Shown here: positions 45,941 to 54,889 of the stretch, piece by piece
How positions within the stretch are numbered: the stretch's first letter is position 1
How the letters are laid out: every line of letters starts with the position of its first letter
NCBI GenBank assembly: GCA_964393885.1
Contig: CAYMVV010000014.1
Span: 8,111-72,110 of the forward strand
Length of the DNA: 64,000 nt
Source of the DNA: an uncultured Granulosicoccaceae bacterium
GTDB taxonomy: Bacteria > Pseudomonadota > Gammaproteobacteria > Granulosicoccales > Granulosicoccaceae
Direction of reading: 5' to 3'
The notes under the pieces: generated by a model
The model's input: the letters and a program-made list of their open reading frames with translations, nothing else
Told to the model about the DNA's origin: nothing
Databases searched by the model: none
Program-made: the position numbers and the translations under genes

Positions 45941-46639
45941 ATGGCCGAACACATCCTTGTGGTCGAAGACGAAGAAGGCATTCGCCAACTCATCTGCGAC
46001 GCGTTATCACAGCAGGGTTTTACGCTCTCCGAGGCGCGCAATGCTGCGGCGGCACACGCGTTGATTTCGTCAGCGCGACCGGATCTGGCAATTATCGACT
46101 GGATGATGCCGCAGACGTCCGGCATTGAACTCATCAGGCAACTGCGAGCGGACGAAGCGACTCGATCGCTGCCTGTTATTATGCTGACAGCACGCAGCAC
46201 AGAAAACGACACCATTGAAGGTCTGGATGCCGGAGCGGACGATTACATTCACAAACCGTTTTCGACACGCGAGTTAAGCTCGCGCGTCAACGCACTGCTG
46301 CGTCGTTCTGTGAGCCATGCAGACTCAGCTGTTATGCAGATCGGCCGCCTCAGCCTGGACCCTCGGGCACACCGGGTTGAGATCGACGATGCCCCTGTTG
46401 AGTTAGCGCAAACGGAGTTCCGGCTGCTGGAATTTTTTGTCAGTCATCCGGATCGCGTGTTTAGCCGGACTCAGTTGCTCGACCATGTCTGGGGCGTCAA
46501 TCACTATATAGACGAGCGAACGGTGGATGTTCATATACTGCGTTTGCGCAAAGCACTCAGAGCCAACGGCGTAGACGATCTCATCGACACCGTTCGAGGT
46601 GTGGGCTACCGATTAACGGCCAGGCAGAAAAACAGCTGA
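45941..46639 (+). CDS. phoB: Phosphate regulon response regulator PhoB
   Basis: Start moved to MAEHILVVEDEEG, with AAAGGAG 6 nt upstream. Receiver domain plus OmpR-type winged helix (RTVDVHILRLRKAL...VRGVGYRL). Followed by phoR and the pst operon. Confidence 0.9.
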   Translation: MAEHILVVEDEEGIRQLICDALSQQGFTLSEARNAAAAHALISSARPDLAIIDWMMPQTSGIELIRQLRADEATRSLPVIMLTARSTENDTIEGLDAGADDYIHKPFSTRELSSRVNALLRRSVSHADSAVMQIGRLSLDPRAHRVEIDDAPVELAQTEFRLLEFFVSHPDRVFSRTQLLDHVWGVNHYIDERTVDVHILRLRKALRANGVDDLIDTVRGVGYRLTARQKNS

Positions 46640-46796
46640 TGTTTCTTCAACACAGTTGCCGACGCGCACCAATCCATCCATAATCCGCAGCAAGTGGCAG
46701 ATAATGGACTCACACCGAACGTTGATTAATCGTGGTTACTACCCGCTACTACCCATGGTTACTAATTGTAGTTACAGCAAAACGTGAGCAAACGTG

Positions 46797-46948
46797 GCTG
46801 TCCGGGAATAAATGATCTACAGCGGATGCGATCTTTAAACCAGCTATTTCGATCCATTTCGTTAGATATGAATGACTATTCGCCTCAATTGAACGAAATA
46901 TCCGACTCAAACTCTCGCGCCCTTATCAGGGCTCGAGCGCAGCTCGAG
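46797..46948. repeat. Palindromic MITE-like element, copy 2 (inverted relative to copy 1, ends degraded)
   Basis: By hand alignment, core 46841-46923 matches the reverse complement of 42735-42817 at about 77 of 83 positions. Lies in the 399-bp phoB-phoR spacer. Confidence 0.7.
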
Positions 46949-47038
46949 GTCAGCAACTGCCACGCAACTTCACCCCTGGCGTAGCAGTGACTTCCTTGAA
47001 CTTGTCTTACGACCTGTAACAACGGTCACGAGCAGCAG

Positions 47039-48466
47039 ATGGCAGGTATTCCCTTTAGCTACGGTGAAAAGACACGACTGATCATCGCGACGATCCTGGG
47101 CGGCGTCGTTGGTCTGTCCTTTGGCAATATCTGGATAGGTCTGTCGATAGCCTACTTCCTGTACTGCCTGTGGTTGTTGCAGCAGGCACACTTGGTTGAC
47201 GGATGGCTGCAATCCGGTGCCAGGCGCAGCCGAGTACCGGATACCGACGGCGTAGTCGGTCACATCGAGCAGCTGATTTTCAGACGTAAAGCCAGCGATC
47301 GCAATCGCAAAAAGCGATTGAAGAAAATACTCACCCTGTACAATCAGTCAGCGTCCGCCCTGCCCGATGCCACGGTTATCACTAACCACAGATTCGAAAT
47401 CGTCTGGGCAAATGATGCGGCCAATCGCCATCTGGGTATTCGCGGTTCTCGTGATAGCGGGCAACGCATAGACAACCTGGTGCGGGCGCCGGAATTTCAT
47501 CATTACGTTTCCAATTTTAACCCTGATAGCGAAATTGAATTTCCGTCACCCGTTAACCGACAAATGGTGCTGGCTGTACGCTGTGTTAACTACGCCGAGA
47601 ACCTTTATTTATTTATCGCCCGCGATGTGAGCCAGCGGGTTTTGTTGCGAGAGACCAGAGCAGCATTCGTTGCCAATGCGTCGCATGAGTTAAAAACCCC
47701 GTTGACCGTGGTGAACGGCTACCTCGAAATGCTGGCTGCCGATGAAACCCTGCCAGCGGACGCGCGCAGAAAACTTGAAATCGCGGAACGACATGCACTG
47801 CGCATGAGTGAAATTGTCTCTGACCTGCTGACACTCTCGCGACTCGAGAACCAAGAGCCGGATACAAAGAAGATGAGACAACTGCCAATGGCCACTCTGC
47901 TGGAAGCTGCAGTCGCTGATCTGGGCAATACGGTGGATACATTCAGTCACCGGTTTACACTGGATGTAAACGACTCATTGTTTCTTCATGGCAGCGAAGT
48001 CGAAATAAAAAGCCTTTGTTCCAACCTTTGCCAAAATGCCGTTCTACACACACCCGATCTAACAGAAGTGCAGGTCCAGTGGCAACCTTTTGAAGGCGGT
48101 GCCCGACTGCTGGTGAAAGATAACGGCCCCGGTATTGATGCAAGCCATATCAACCACATCACTGAACGATTTTATCGAGTCGACAATGAAAATTCGCGGG
48201 AATCCTCTGGCACCGGACTGGGCCTTTCAATTGTAAAACATATTGTCCAGCGCCATCGCGGTGTACTGGACATACGCAGTAACCCCGGTGAAGGCACAAG
48301 CTTTGATATCAGGTTTCCTGATGAGGTCGTCACACAGGATGTTGCGGGTGATACAGCTCCGTCCGAATTAGCTCCATCTGAAATTACTCCAACGGATATA
48401 GCAACATCCGGTATTGCTCCAAGCCATACAACCCAGGCGGTCAGGAGACTGCCCGGGCTTGGATAA
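47039..48466 (+). CDS. phoR: Phosphate regulon sensor histidine kinase PhoR
   Basis: 475 aa. Two N-terminal TM helices, a PAS-like region, H-box FVANASHELKTPLT, and N/G boxes (DNGPGI, GTGLGLSIV). Confidence 0.9.
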   Translation: MAGIPFSYGEKTRLIIATILGGVVGLSFGNIWIGLSIAYFLYCLWLLQQAHLVDGWLQSGARRSRVPDTDGVVGHIEQLIFRRKASDRNRKKRLKKILTLYNQSASALPDATVITNHRFEIVWANDAANRHLGIRGSRDSGQRIDNLVRAPEFHHYVSNFNPDSEIEFPSPVNRQMVLAVRCVNYAENLYLFIARDVSQRVLLRETRAAFVANASHELKTPLTVVNGYLEMLAADETLPADARRKLEIAERHALRMSEIVSDLLTLSRLENQEPDTKKMRQLPMATLLEAAVADLGNTVDTFSHRFTLDVNDSLFLHGSEVEIKSLCSNLCQNAVLHTPDLTEVQVQWQPFEGGARLLVKDNGPGIDASHINHITERFYRVDNENSRESSGTGLGLSIVKHIVQRHRGVLDIRSNPGEGTSFDIRFPDEVVTQDVAGDTAPSELAPSEITPTDIATSGIAPSHTTQAVRRLPGLG

Positions 48467-48619
48467 GCCGCCGCAGCTCTGTTCTATCGACTACTATTAC
48501 AAGATCAGCTTAGCTAAAGAAGAAAGCAGCTGCCCCGACCGCTGGCAAACATGTTTTAACGGTTTAACAGTTGTTAACCGGACAAACGCAAAGAAGTAAA
48601 AAACCCGATATTTTCACTC

Positions 48620-48637
48620 TTGTCATCATACGTTCAT
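48620..48637 (+). promoter_or_regulatory. Candidate Pho box upstream of pstS
   Basis: TTGTCAT-cata-CGTTCAT with 11-bp phasing, followed by TAATACACT. The same ATACACT -10-like element is seen at phoB. Confidence 0.45.
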
Positions 48638-48798
48638 ATCGGCTTAATACACTATCCCCAGTTGTAGCATAACTACTCTTCTAACAATGGCTGCACAGAT
48701 ACGTCACTCGGACCATATCGTGCTTGGGTGCGCAGTGACCAATCAATCCATTACGGAAATTTCTACTTATAGGCTCATGGAGCTTCGGAGAGAAAACA

Positions 48799-49854
48799 AT
48801 GATGCTAATTCGCTCGCTGGTGCTATTCGCTTTGGCGACAACACTCCTGTATTTCACACCGGCGCAGGCGCAAACTGCCCGCGATCAAATCAGTATCGTC
48901 GGCTCATCAACCGTCTACCCTTTCGCCACCGTTGTGGCAGAACGGTTTGGTCAAACAACCAGCTTTAAAACACCCAAGATAGAATCCACCGGTTCCGGCG
49001 GTGGCATGAAACTCTTCTGCACCGGTATTGGCGTTGGTCACCCTGATATCACAAACTCATCTCGTCGAATGAAAACCAGTGAGTACAAAGACTGTCAGGC
49101 AAACGGTGTCACCGATATCATTGAAGTGTTGATCGGCTACGACGGTATTGCCATTGCAAATTCAGTTGAGCAGGACCAACTCAGCCTGACCCTGGTCGAC
49201 ATCTACCTGGCACTTGCCAAGCGTGTACCAAATCCTGACGGGTCAGAGAGCCTTGTAGAGAACCCTTACCAGACCTGGTCAGAGGTAAATCCTGACCTGC
49301 CGGCAAAAACCATTGAGGTTCTCGGACCACCACCGACATCGGGTACTCGTGATGCGTTTGCGGAACTGGCACTTGAGGGCGGCTGCAAGCAATTCGACTG
49401 GATAGCCGCATTGAAAAAGTCCGACAAAGATGAGTACAAAGATGCCTGCCACTCAGTTAGAGAGGACGGCCGATACATCGAAGCTGGTGAAAACGACAAT
49501 CTGATCGTACAAAAACTGCAGGCCAATCCGAATGCGCTGGGGATCTTCGGCTTCAGTTTCCTCGATCAAAACAGCGACTCTGTACAAGCATCGATCATAG
49601 AAGACAACGAGCCCGATTTCGATACCATTGCAGATGGCTCATACCCGGTGTCTCGTCCATTGTACTTCTATGTAAAGAAAGCCCACGTTGGTGTGATTCC
49701 GGGTATTGCAGAATATCTGGAGGAATTTACCAGTGAGACGTCCTGGGGAGAGGAAGGCTATCTGGCAGACAAAGGCATGATTCCACTGGACGAAGATGTG
49801 CGTACAAATTCTGCGGAGTCGATTGCCAATCTGGAAGTAATGCCCGAGATCTGA
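48799..49854 (+). CDS. pstS: Phosphate ABC transporter substrate-binding protein (PstS family)
   Basis: 351 aa with signal peptide. IVGSSTVYPF and GSGGG motifs. First gene of pstSCAB-phoU. Confidence 0.85.
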   Translation: MMLIRSLVLFALATTLLYFTPAQAQTARDQISIVGSSTVYPFATVVAERFGQTTSFKTPKIESTGSGGGMKLFCTGIGVGHPDITNSSRRMKTSEYKDCQANGVTDIIEVLIGYDGIAIANSVEQDQLSLTLVDIYLALAKRVPNPDGSESLVENPYQTWSEVNPDLPAKTIEVLGPPPTSGTRDAFAELALEGGCKQFDWIAALKKSDKDEYKDACHSVREDGRYIEAGENDNLIVQKLQANPNALGIFGFSFLDQNSDSVQASIIEDNEPDFDTIADGSYPVSRPLYFYVKKAHVGVIPGIAEYLEEFTSETSWGEEGYLADKGMIPLDEDVRTNSAESIANLEVMPEI

Positions 49855-49890
49855 CATTCTCAATTGCAGTAGTCGGGTCTTCCGAAAACT

Positions 49891-49932
49891 ACGCCAGAGG
49901 TGCGGCCAGAGTCGCCTCTGGCGTTGTTTTTT
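49891..49932 (+). terminator. Rho-independent terminator/attenuator after pstS
   Basis: Stem acgccagagg / cctctggcgt (10 bp) followed by tgttttttcg, 37 bp after the pstS stop. Confidence 0.7.
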
Positions 49933-50096
49933 CGTATCGATTGCTGAGCCAAACTTACCTTGCCATGTGCTCTGCACCGCTGCCATGTGCCTGATGGCGG
50001 GTGGTGTGATAAATTAGCGACCTGCGCCAGGAGTCTGTCCTTCTTCCTGTTTTACGAGCGTGCACTTTAAGGGCCCGCACTTTAAGAGTCTGCACA

Positions 50097-51485
50097 GTGA
50101 GCAATAATCTACTTTTACTGTTGATGTGCGCAATGTTTGCGGCGGCGTACTGGATCGGAAGATCGAAAGCGTCGGTCATGCGTAATCAGGCCACAGCAGC
50201 AAAGCCACTGCACTCACTGCCTCGCTATTACGGCTACCAAACGTCCATATGGTGCGCCGTACCGGCCATTGCTTTTTTTGCACTATGGGCCGGGCTTGAG
50301 TCAACGGTAATAAGCAAGCTGGTCAGTCATGCTTTGCCAGACGAGCTCAGGAACGCACCTGGTGGTGAGCTCAATCTAATCCTCAACGATATAAAAAATC
50401 TCGCCGTCGGCAATATCTCGCAATCTCAATCAGATCCGGTGCGCTCAGCTGCTGCAACGCAGTACAAAGGACATCTGGAATTCTCGAGATGGCTGCGGGC
50501 CGTCGTGGTAATTACCACAGGACTGCTTGGCGCCTACTTTGGATACAAGCGAATAACTCAATCCGCAAGAGCCAGAGTATTCGTTGAAAAGGCTATGATG
50601 GTTTTCCTGATCGCCTGTAGCTGTCTGGCCATTCTCACCACCATTGGCATCGTGTTATCCGTGTTGTTTGAGTCGCTGCGATTTTTTGGCAAGGTGCCGT
50701 TCACCGATTTTATATTCGGTTTGCACTGGAGTCCGCAGACTTCCATTCGAACTGATCAGGTTGGTAGTTCGGGCAGTTTCGGCGCGGTACCTATTTTCGC
50801 AGGCACGTTGCTGATCTCCGCCATTGCCATGCTGGTTGCGGTGCCTTTTGGATTGATGTCTGCAATCTATCTGGCCGAGTATGCAAGCCCTGCAGTTCGC
50901 TCATGGGTGAAGCCGCTACTGGAAATACTGGCCGGTATACCCACTGTCGTATACGGCTTTTTTGCTGCATTGACTGTGGCACCGATGATCCGTGGCTTTG
51001 GCGAATCCATCGGCCTGAGTGTGGCGTCGGAAAGCGCACTGGCAGCGGGTCTGGTCATGGGCATTATGATCATCCCGTTTGTCTCTTCACTGTCTGACGA
51101 CGTTATAACCGCAGTGCCTCAATCGATGCGCGACGGATCTCTTGGCCTGGGCGCAACCAAATCTGAAACCATTCGAAAAGTGGTTATTCCAGCCGCCCTG
51201 CCCGGTGTCGTAGGCAGTATATTGCTGGCGGTGTCGCGAGCCATTGGCGAAACAATGATTGTGGTGATGGCCGCCGGACTGGCCGCAAACCTGACAATAA
51301 ACCCGCTGGAGGCGGTAACCACTGTTACGGTTCAGATCGTGACCCTGCTCACCGGAGATCAGGCCTTTGACAGCCCGAAAACTCTGGCAGCTTTTGCACT
51401 GGGCCTGATGCTGTTTGTTACTACGCTGATACTCAATGTGATCGCATTGAGAACGGTCCGAAAATATCGTGAGCAATACGAATGA
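50097..51485 (+). CDS. pstC: Phosphate ABC transporter permease PstC (long form)
   Basis: 462 aa with GTG start. EAA-loop-type segment SRAIGETMIVVMAAG. Multiple TM helices. Confidence 0.85.
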   Translation: MSNNLLLLLMCAMFAAAYWIGRSKASVMRNQATAAKPLHSLPRYYGYQTSIWCAVPAIAFFALWAGLESTVISKLVSHALPDELRNAPGGELNLILNDIKNLAVGNISQSQSDPVRSAAATQYKGHLEFSRWLRAVVVITTGLLGAYFGYKRITQSARARVFVEKAMMVFLIACSCLAILTTIGIVLSVLFESLRFFGKVPFTDFIFGLHWSPQTSIRTDQVGSSGSFGAVPIFAGTLLISAIAMLVAVPFGLMSAIYLAEYASPAVRSWVKPLLEILAGIPTVVYGFFAALTVAPMIRGFGESIGLSVASESALAAGLVMGIMIIPFVSSLSDDVITAVPQSMRDGSLGLGATKSETIRKVVIPAALPGVVGSILLAVSRAIGETMIVVMAAGLAANLTINPLEAVTTVTVQIVTLLTGDQAFDSPKTLAAFALGLMLFVTTLILNVIALRTVRKYREQYE

Positions 51486-52879
51486 ACCGTAACGATCCGC
51501 CGTCAACCGACCCTTCTGTTGCCGACAACAGTACAGAGAGCGCTGCTGACACAGGCATGGCAAACGCGACTGACCCGAACCCTGACGCACTCAGTGCCAT
51601 CAGATCAGATACCACGGCAAGAGTTAAAGCCGGTATCAAAAAGCGCTACGCTCGCGAGCGCCGCTTTCGACTGTACGGTTTAGTTGCCATACTGGCCAGC
51701 CTTTCTTTTTTGGCCATGTTAATAGTAACCATCACTAAAAATGGCCTGCCTGCTTTCCAGCAAACCTTTATCCAGCTCGATGTCACTCTCGATAGTAAGA
51801 CACTCGGACTGGGAGACAACCCCGACATTTCACAACTGCGTAAAGCCAACTACAACGGTGTGATCAAAAACGCCTTGCTTGCACAGTTCCCCGAGGTAGA
51901 AAAACGCAAGGACAAAAAAGCACTCTACAAGCTGATCAGCAAAGGCGGCCAGTACCAGTTGCAAAGCGATGTAATGAAATCACCTGATCTGATCGGACAA
52001 TCGAGAACGGTCTGGCTACCCGCAGGAGATGATGCAAGTGGCTATATGAAAGGAATTGTGGACGCGAGTATTCCCGAGAAGAAAAGGCGTTTAAAAGACA
52101 ACCAGATTGGCTGGATAGAAACACTGAAACAGGACAATCGCATCGATCAGCGATTCAATCGAACGTTTTTCGAACGTGGTGATTCCCGCGAGCCCGAAAT
52201 GGCGGGTATACGCGGTGCACTGATGGGCAGTATTCTGACTTTGATGGTAACACTGCTGTTGTCATTCCCTGTCGCGGTCGCCTCCGCTATTTATCTTGAG
52301 GAGTTCGCACCGAGAAACCGGTGGACCGATATCATTGAAGTCAATATCAATAATCTGGCGGCAGTACCTTCTATCGTTTTTGGATTGTTGGGTCTGGCGG
52401 TTTTTATCAACTTTTTTGAGCTACCGAGATCAGCGCCGGTGGTGGGTGGCCTGGTGCTGTCATTGATGACCTTGCCTACCATTATTATTTCCAGCCGTGC
52501 GGCACTGAAATCCGTACCACCTTCAATCAGGGATGCAGCACTTGGTCTGGGTGCATCGAAACTGCAGGTTGTTTTTCATCATGTGTTACCCCTTGCCCTG
52601 CCCGGTATTCTCACCGGCACCATTATTGGAATGGCGCAGGCACTCGGTGAAACTGCCCCGCTTCTGATGATTGGCATGGTCGCATTTATCGTTGATGTAC
52701 CAGGCGCAATCACTGACCCCGCCACGGTATTACCGGTACAAATATTTCAGTGGGCAGACCTGCCTGAAAAAGGATTTGTCGAGAAGACTTCAGCGGCAAT
52801 TATGGTTTTGCTGGCTTTTCTTGTCGCCATGAATACGTTTGCGGTGATATTGCGCAGAAAATTTGAACGCAAGTGGTAG
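51482..52879 (+). CDS. pstA: Phosphate ABC transporter permease PstA (long form)
   Basis: 465 aa. 4-nt overlap with pstC. AQALGETAPLLMIG permease motif. Confidence 0.85.
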   Translation: MNRNDPPSTDPSVADNSTESAADTGMANATDPNPDALSAIRSDTTARVKAGIKKRYARERRFRLYGLVAILASLSFLAMLIVTITKNGLPAFQQTFIQLDVTLDSKTLGLGDNPDISQLRKANYNGVIKNALLAQFPEVEKRKDKKALYKLISKGGQYQLQSDVMKSPDLIGQSRTVWLPAGDDASGYMKGIVDASIPEKKRRLKDNQIGWIETLKQDNRIDQRFNRTFFERGDSREPEMAGIRGALMGSILTLMVTLLLSFPVAVASAIYLEEFAPRNRWTDIIEVNINNLAAVPSIVFGLLGLAVFINFFELPRSAPVVGGLVLSLMTLPTIIISSRAALKSVPPSIRDAALGLGASKLQVVFHHVLPLALPGILTGTIIGMAQALGETAPLLMIGMVAFIVDVPGAITDPATVLPVQIFQWADLPEKGFVEKTSAAIMVLLAFLVAMNTFAVILRRKFERKW

Positions 52880-52969
52880 GCTGGCCCGTGTTAAAACATA
52901 GGTTAAGACATAGATTAAGTCCCGTGCGCACCAGAATAACCAATACATTAATTGATGAAGTGATCAGCC

Positions 52970-53902
52970 ATGACATCTAACAACAGCGGCACTGCATCGG
53001 CAGGCAGTACTTCGAACCCTGCTGCTTCAAACACTGCTGCGAACATCGCCCCCATCGACCTTGAAAAAGGCAATGCGGCGCAAGAGCAAACCATTGAAGA
53101 AATCGTAGCGTCACTCGGCGAAACGGTTGGTCAGGCGCGTGTCGACAATCCAAAAATGTCAGCCACCGGTGTCAATGTTTTTTACGCCGACAAACAGGCT
53201 ATATTCGATGTGGATCTTGATATCGCCAACAATGAAGTCATCTCAATGATAGGACCGTCAGGTTGTGGCAAGTCCACTTTGCTGCGATGCCTGAACCGCA
53301 TGAACGATACGATACCCATTTGCAAAGTGACTGGCGAGCTGACACTCGACGGGGATGATATCTACGGCAAAGACACGGATCCGGTACTACTCAGAGCGCG
53401 GGTCGGTATGGTGTTCCAAAAACCCAATCCGTTTCCAAAATCGATTTACGAAAATGTGGCCTATGGACCCAAACTGCACGGCCTGAGCCGCAACAAATCA
53501 GAACTGGACGAAATCGTTATTACCAGTTTGCGCAAGGCCGGTATTTACGACGAAGTAAAAGATCGTCTTGATGCACCGGGCACAGGCCTGTCAGGAGGCC
53601 AGCAACAGCGACTGTGCATAGCGCGCACCATTGCATGCAGCCCGGAGGTGATTCTGATGGATGAACCCTGTTCGGCACTGGACCCGATTGCAACTGCTAA
53701 AATAGAAGAGCTGATTAACGAGCTGAGTCAAAACTACGCTATCGCTATTGTCACCCACTCAATGCAGCAAGCGGCCCGGGTGTCACAGCGCACAGCGTAT
53801 TTCCATTTGGGCAAACTGGTTGAAGTGGGTAATACAGCAGACATTTTTACCAATCCCAAGCACGAGCTAACAGAGAAGTACATTACTGGTCGCTTCGGCT
53901 AA
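52970..53902 (+). CDS. pstB: Phosphate ABC transporter ATP-binding protein PstB
   Basis: 310 aa. Walker [10 protein letters not shown], signature LSGGQQQRL, Walker B ILMDEP. The first ~60 aa are a low-complexity extension; the alternative start is Met at 53156. Confidence 0.85.
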   Translation: MTSNNSGTASAGSTSNPAASNTAANIAPIDLEKGNAAQEQTIEEIVASLGETVGQARVDNPKMSATGVNVFYADKQAIFDVDLDIANNEVISMIGPSGCGKSTLLRCLNRMNDTIPICKVTGELTLDGDDIYGKDTDPVLLRARVGMVFQKPNPFPKSIYENVAYGPKLHGLSRNKSELDEIVITSLRKAGIYDEVKDRLDAPGTGLSGGQQQRLCIARTIACSPEVILMDEPCSALDPIATAKIEELINELSQNYAIAIVTHSMQQAARVSQRTAYFHLGKLVEVGNTADIFTNPKHELTEKYITGRFG

Positions 53903-53971
53903 TCCGAGTTACCGCAAGAGTTTACTAAAGCGAGCCGAGCTTGCCTCACCATCAGATAACTGGGTAACGCG

Positions 53972-54700
53972 ATGAAACAATTCAATCCGGAAGGACACAC
54001 AAACCACCAGTTTGACGTCGAACTCAACGATGTGAAGCACAAGGTAATGATGATGGGTGGACTGGTCGAGTCGATGGTTGACGACGGGCTCGAAGCACTG
54101 CTGTCAATCGACTCTGATCTGGGACACAAAGTTTGCGAAGCGGATAAAACCGTCAACAAGCTGGAGCTTGAGATCGATGAGGAGTGCACTCGCATACTGG
54201 CACGCCGACAACCAGCTGCCAGTGACCTGCGCATGGTGCTGGCCATTATCAAGACAATTTCTGACCTTGAGCGTATCGGCGATGAGGCAGAGAAGCTTGG
54301 CCGAATCAGTCTGCAATTGGCGAATGAAAAAGACACACCGCACTACTATAAGGATTTACGTCACCTCGGCGACCACGTCAAAACCATGTTGCGCGAAGCA
54401 CTCGACGCCTTTACCCGCATGGATGTCGAGGCTGCATTCAGTACTGCCGCCAAAGACGAGGCAATCGACACAGAGTACGCCAATTTTTCCAGACTGCTTA
54501 TATCACACATGATGGAGCATCCGGCACTTATCAGTCACGCACTGAATATGAGCTGGTGCGCGCGTTCACTGGAGCGGATTGCCGATCACGCGTGTAATAT
54601 CTGCGAATATGTTATTTATCTGGTCGAAGGACGGGATATTCGACATGCCGATCTGGATGAGATGCGCAAACAAATATTGCCCAGCACGCCACGCACTTAA
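53972..54700 (+). CDS. phoU: Phosphate signalling complex protein PhoU
   Basis: 242 aa with two PhoU repeats (ERIGDEAEKL and ERIADHACNI). Confidence 0.9.
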   Translation: MKQFNPEGHTNHQFDVELNDVKHKVMMMGGLVESMVDDGLEALLSIDSDLGHKVCEADKTVNKLELEIDEECTRILARRQPAASDLRMVLAIIKTISDLERIGDEAEKLGRISLQLANEKDTPHYYKDLRHLGDHVKTMLREALDAFTRMDVEAAFSTAAKDEAIDTEYANFSRLLISHMMEHPALISHALNMSWCARSLERIADHACNICEYVIYLVEGRDIRHADLDEMRKQILPSTPRT

Positions 54701-54858
54701 CCCGCATTATTCTTAAAAGGTCAGTGCTTGTGCGGGCGGACGCTCCGGGCTAACTCATTCTGACCACATCATAAAAAGGAAGGGACGCAAAAAGCGCCCC
54801 TCAACCCCAAGTGCGAACAAGCCGCACAGTGCACACACACGAAACTGTTAGAACAAGG

Positions 54859-54889
54859 CTAGTATCTAGTATCTAGTATCTAGTATCTA
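54859..54889. repeat. Heptamer microsatellite (ctagtat) x4.4
   Basis: Read directly. The final partial unit cta is the reverse complement of the TAG stop of the EAL gene. Confidence 0.85.

Noticed and set aside
46784-46984. 66-aa ORF in the phoB-phoR spacer.
   Set aside because: It lies entirely within the palindromic repeat copy. The same DNA in opposite orientation at 42.7 kb is non-coding, so it is treated as a repeat artefact.
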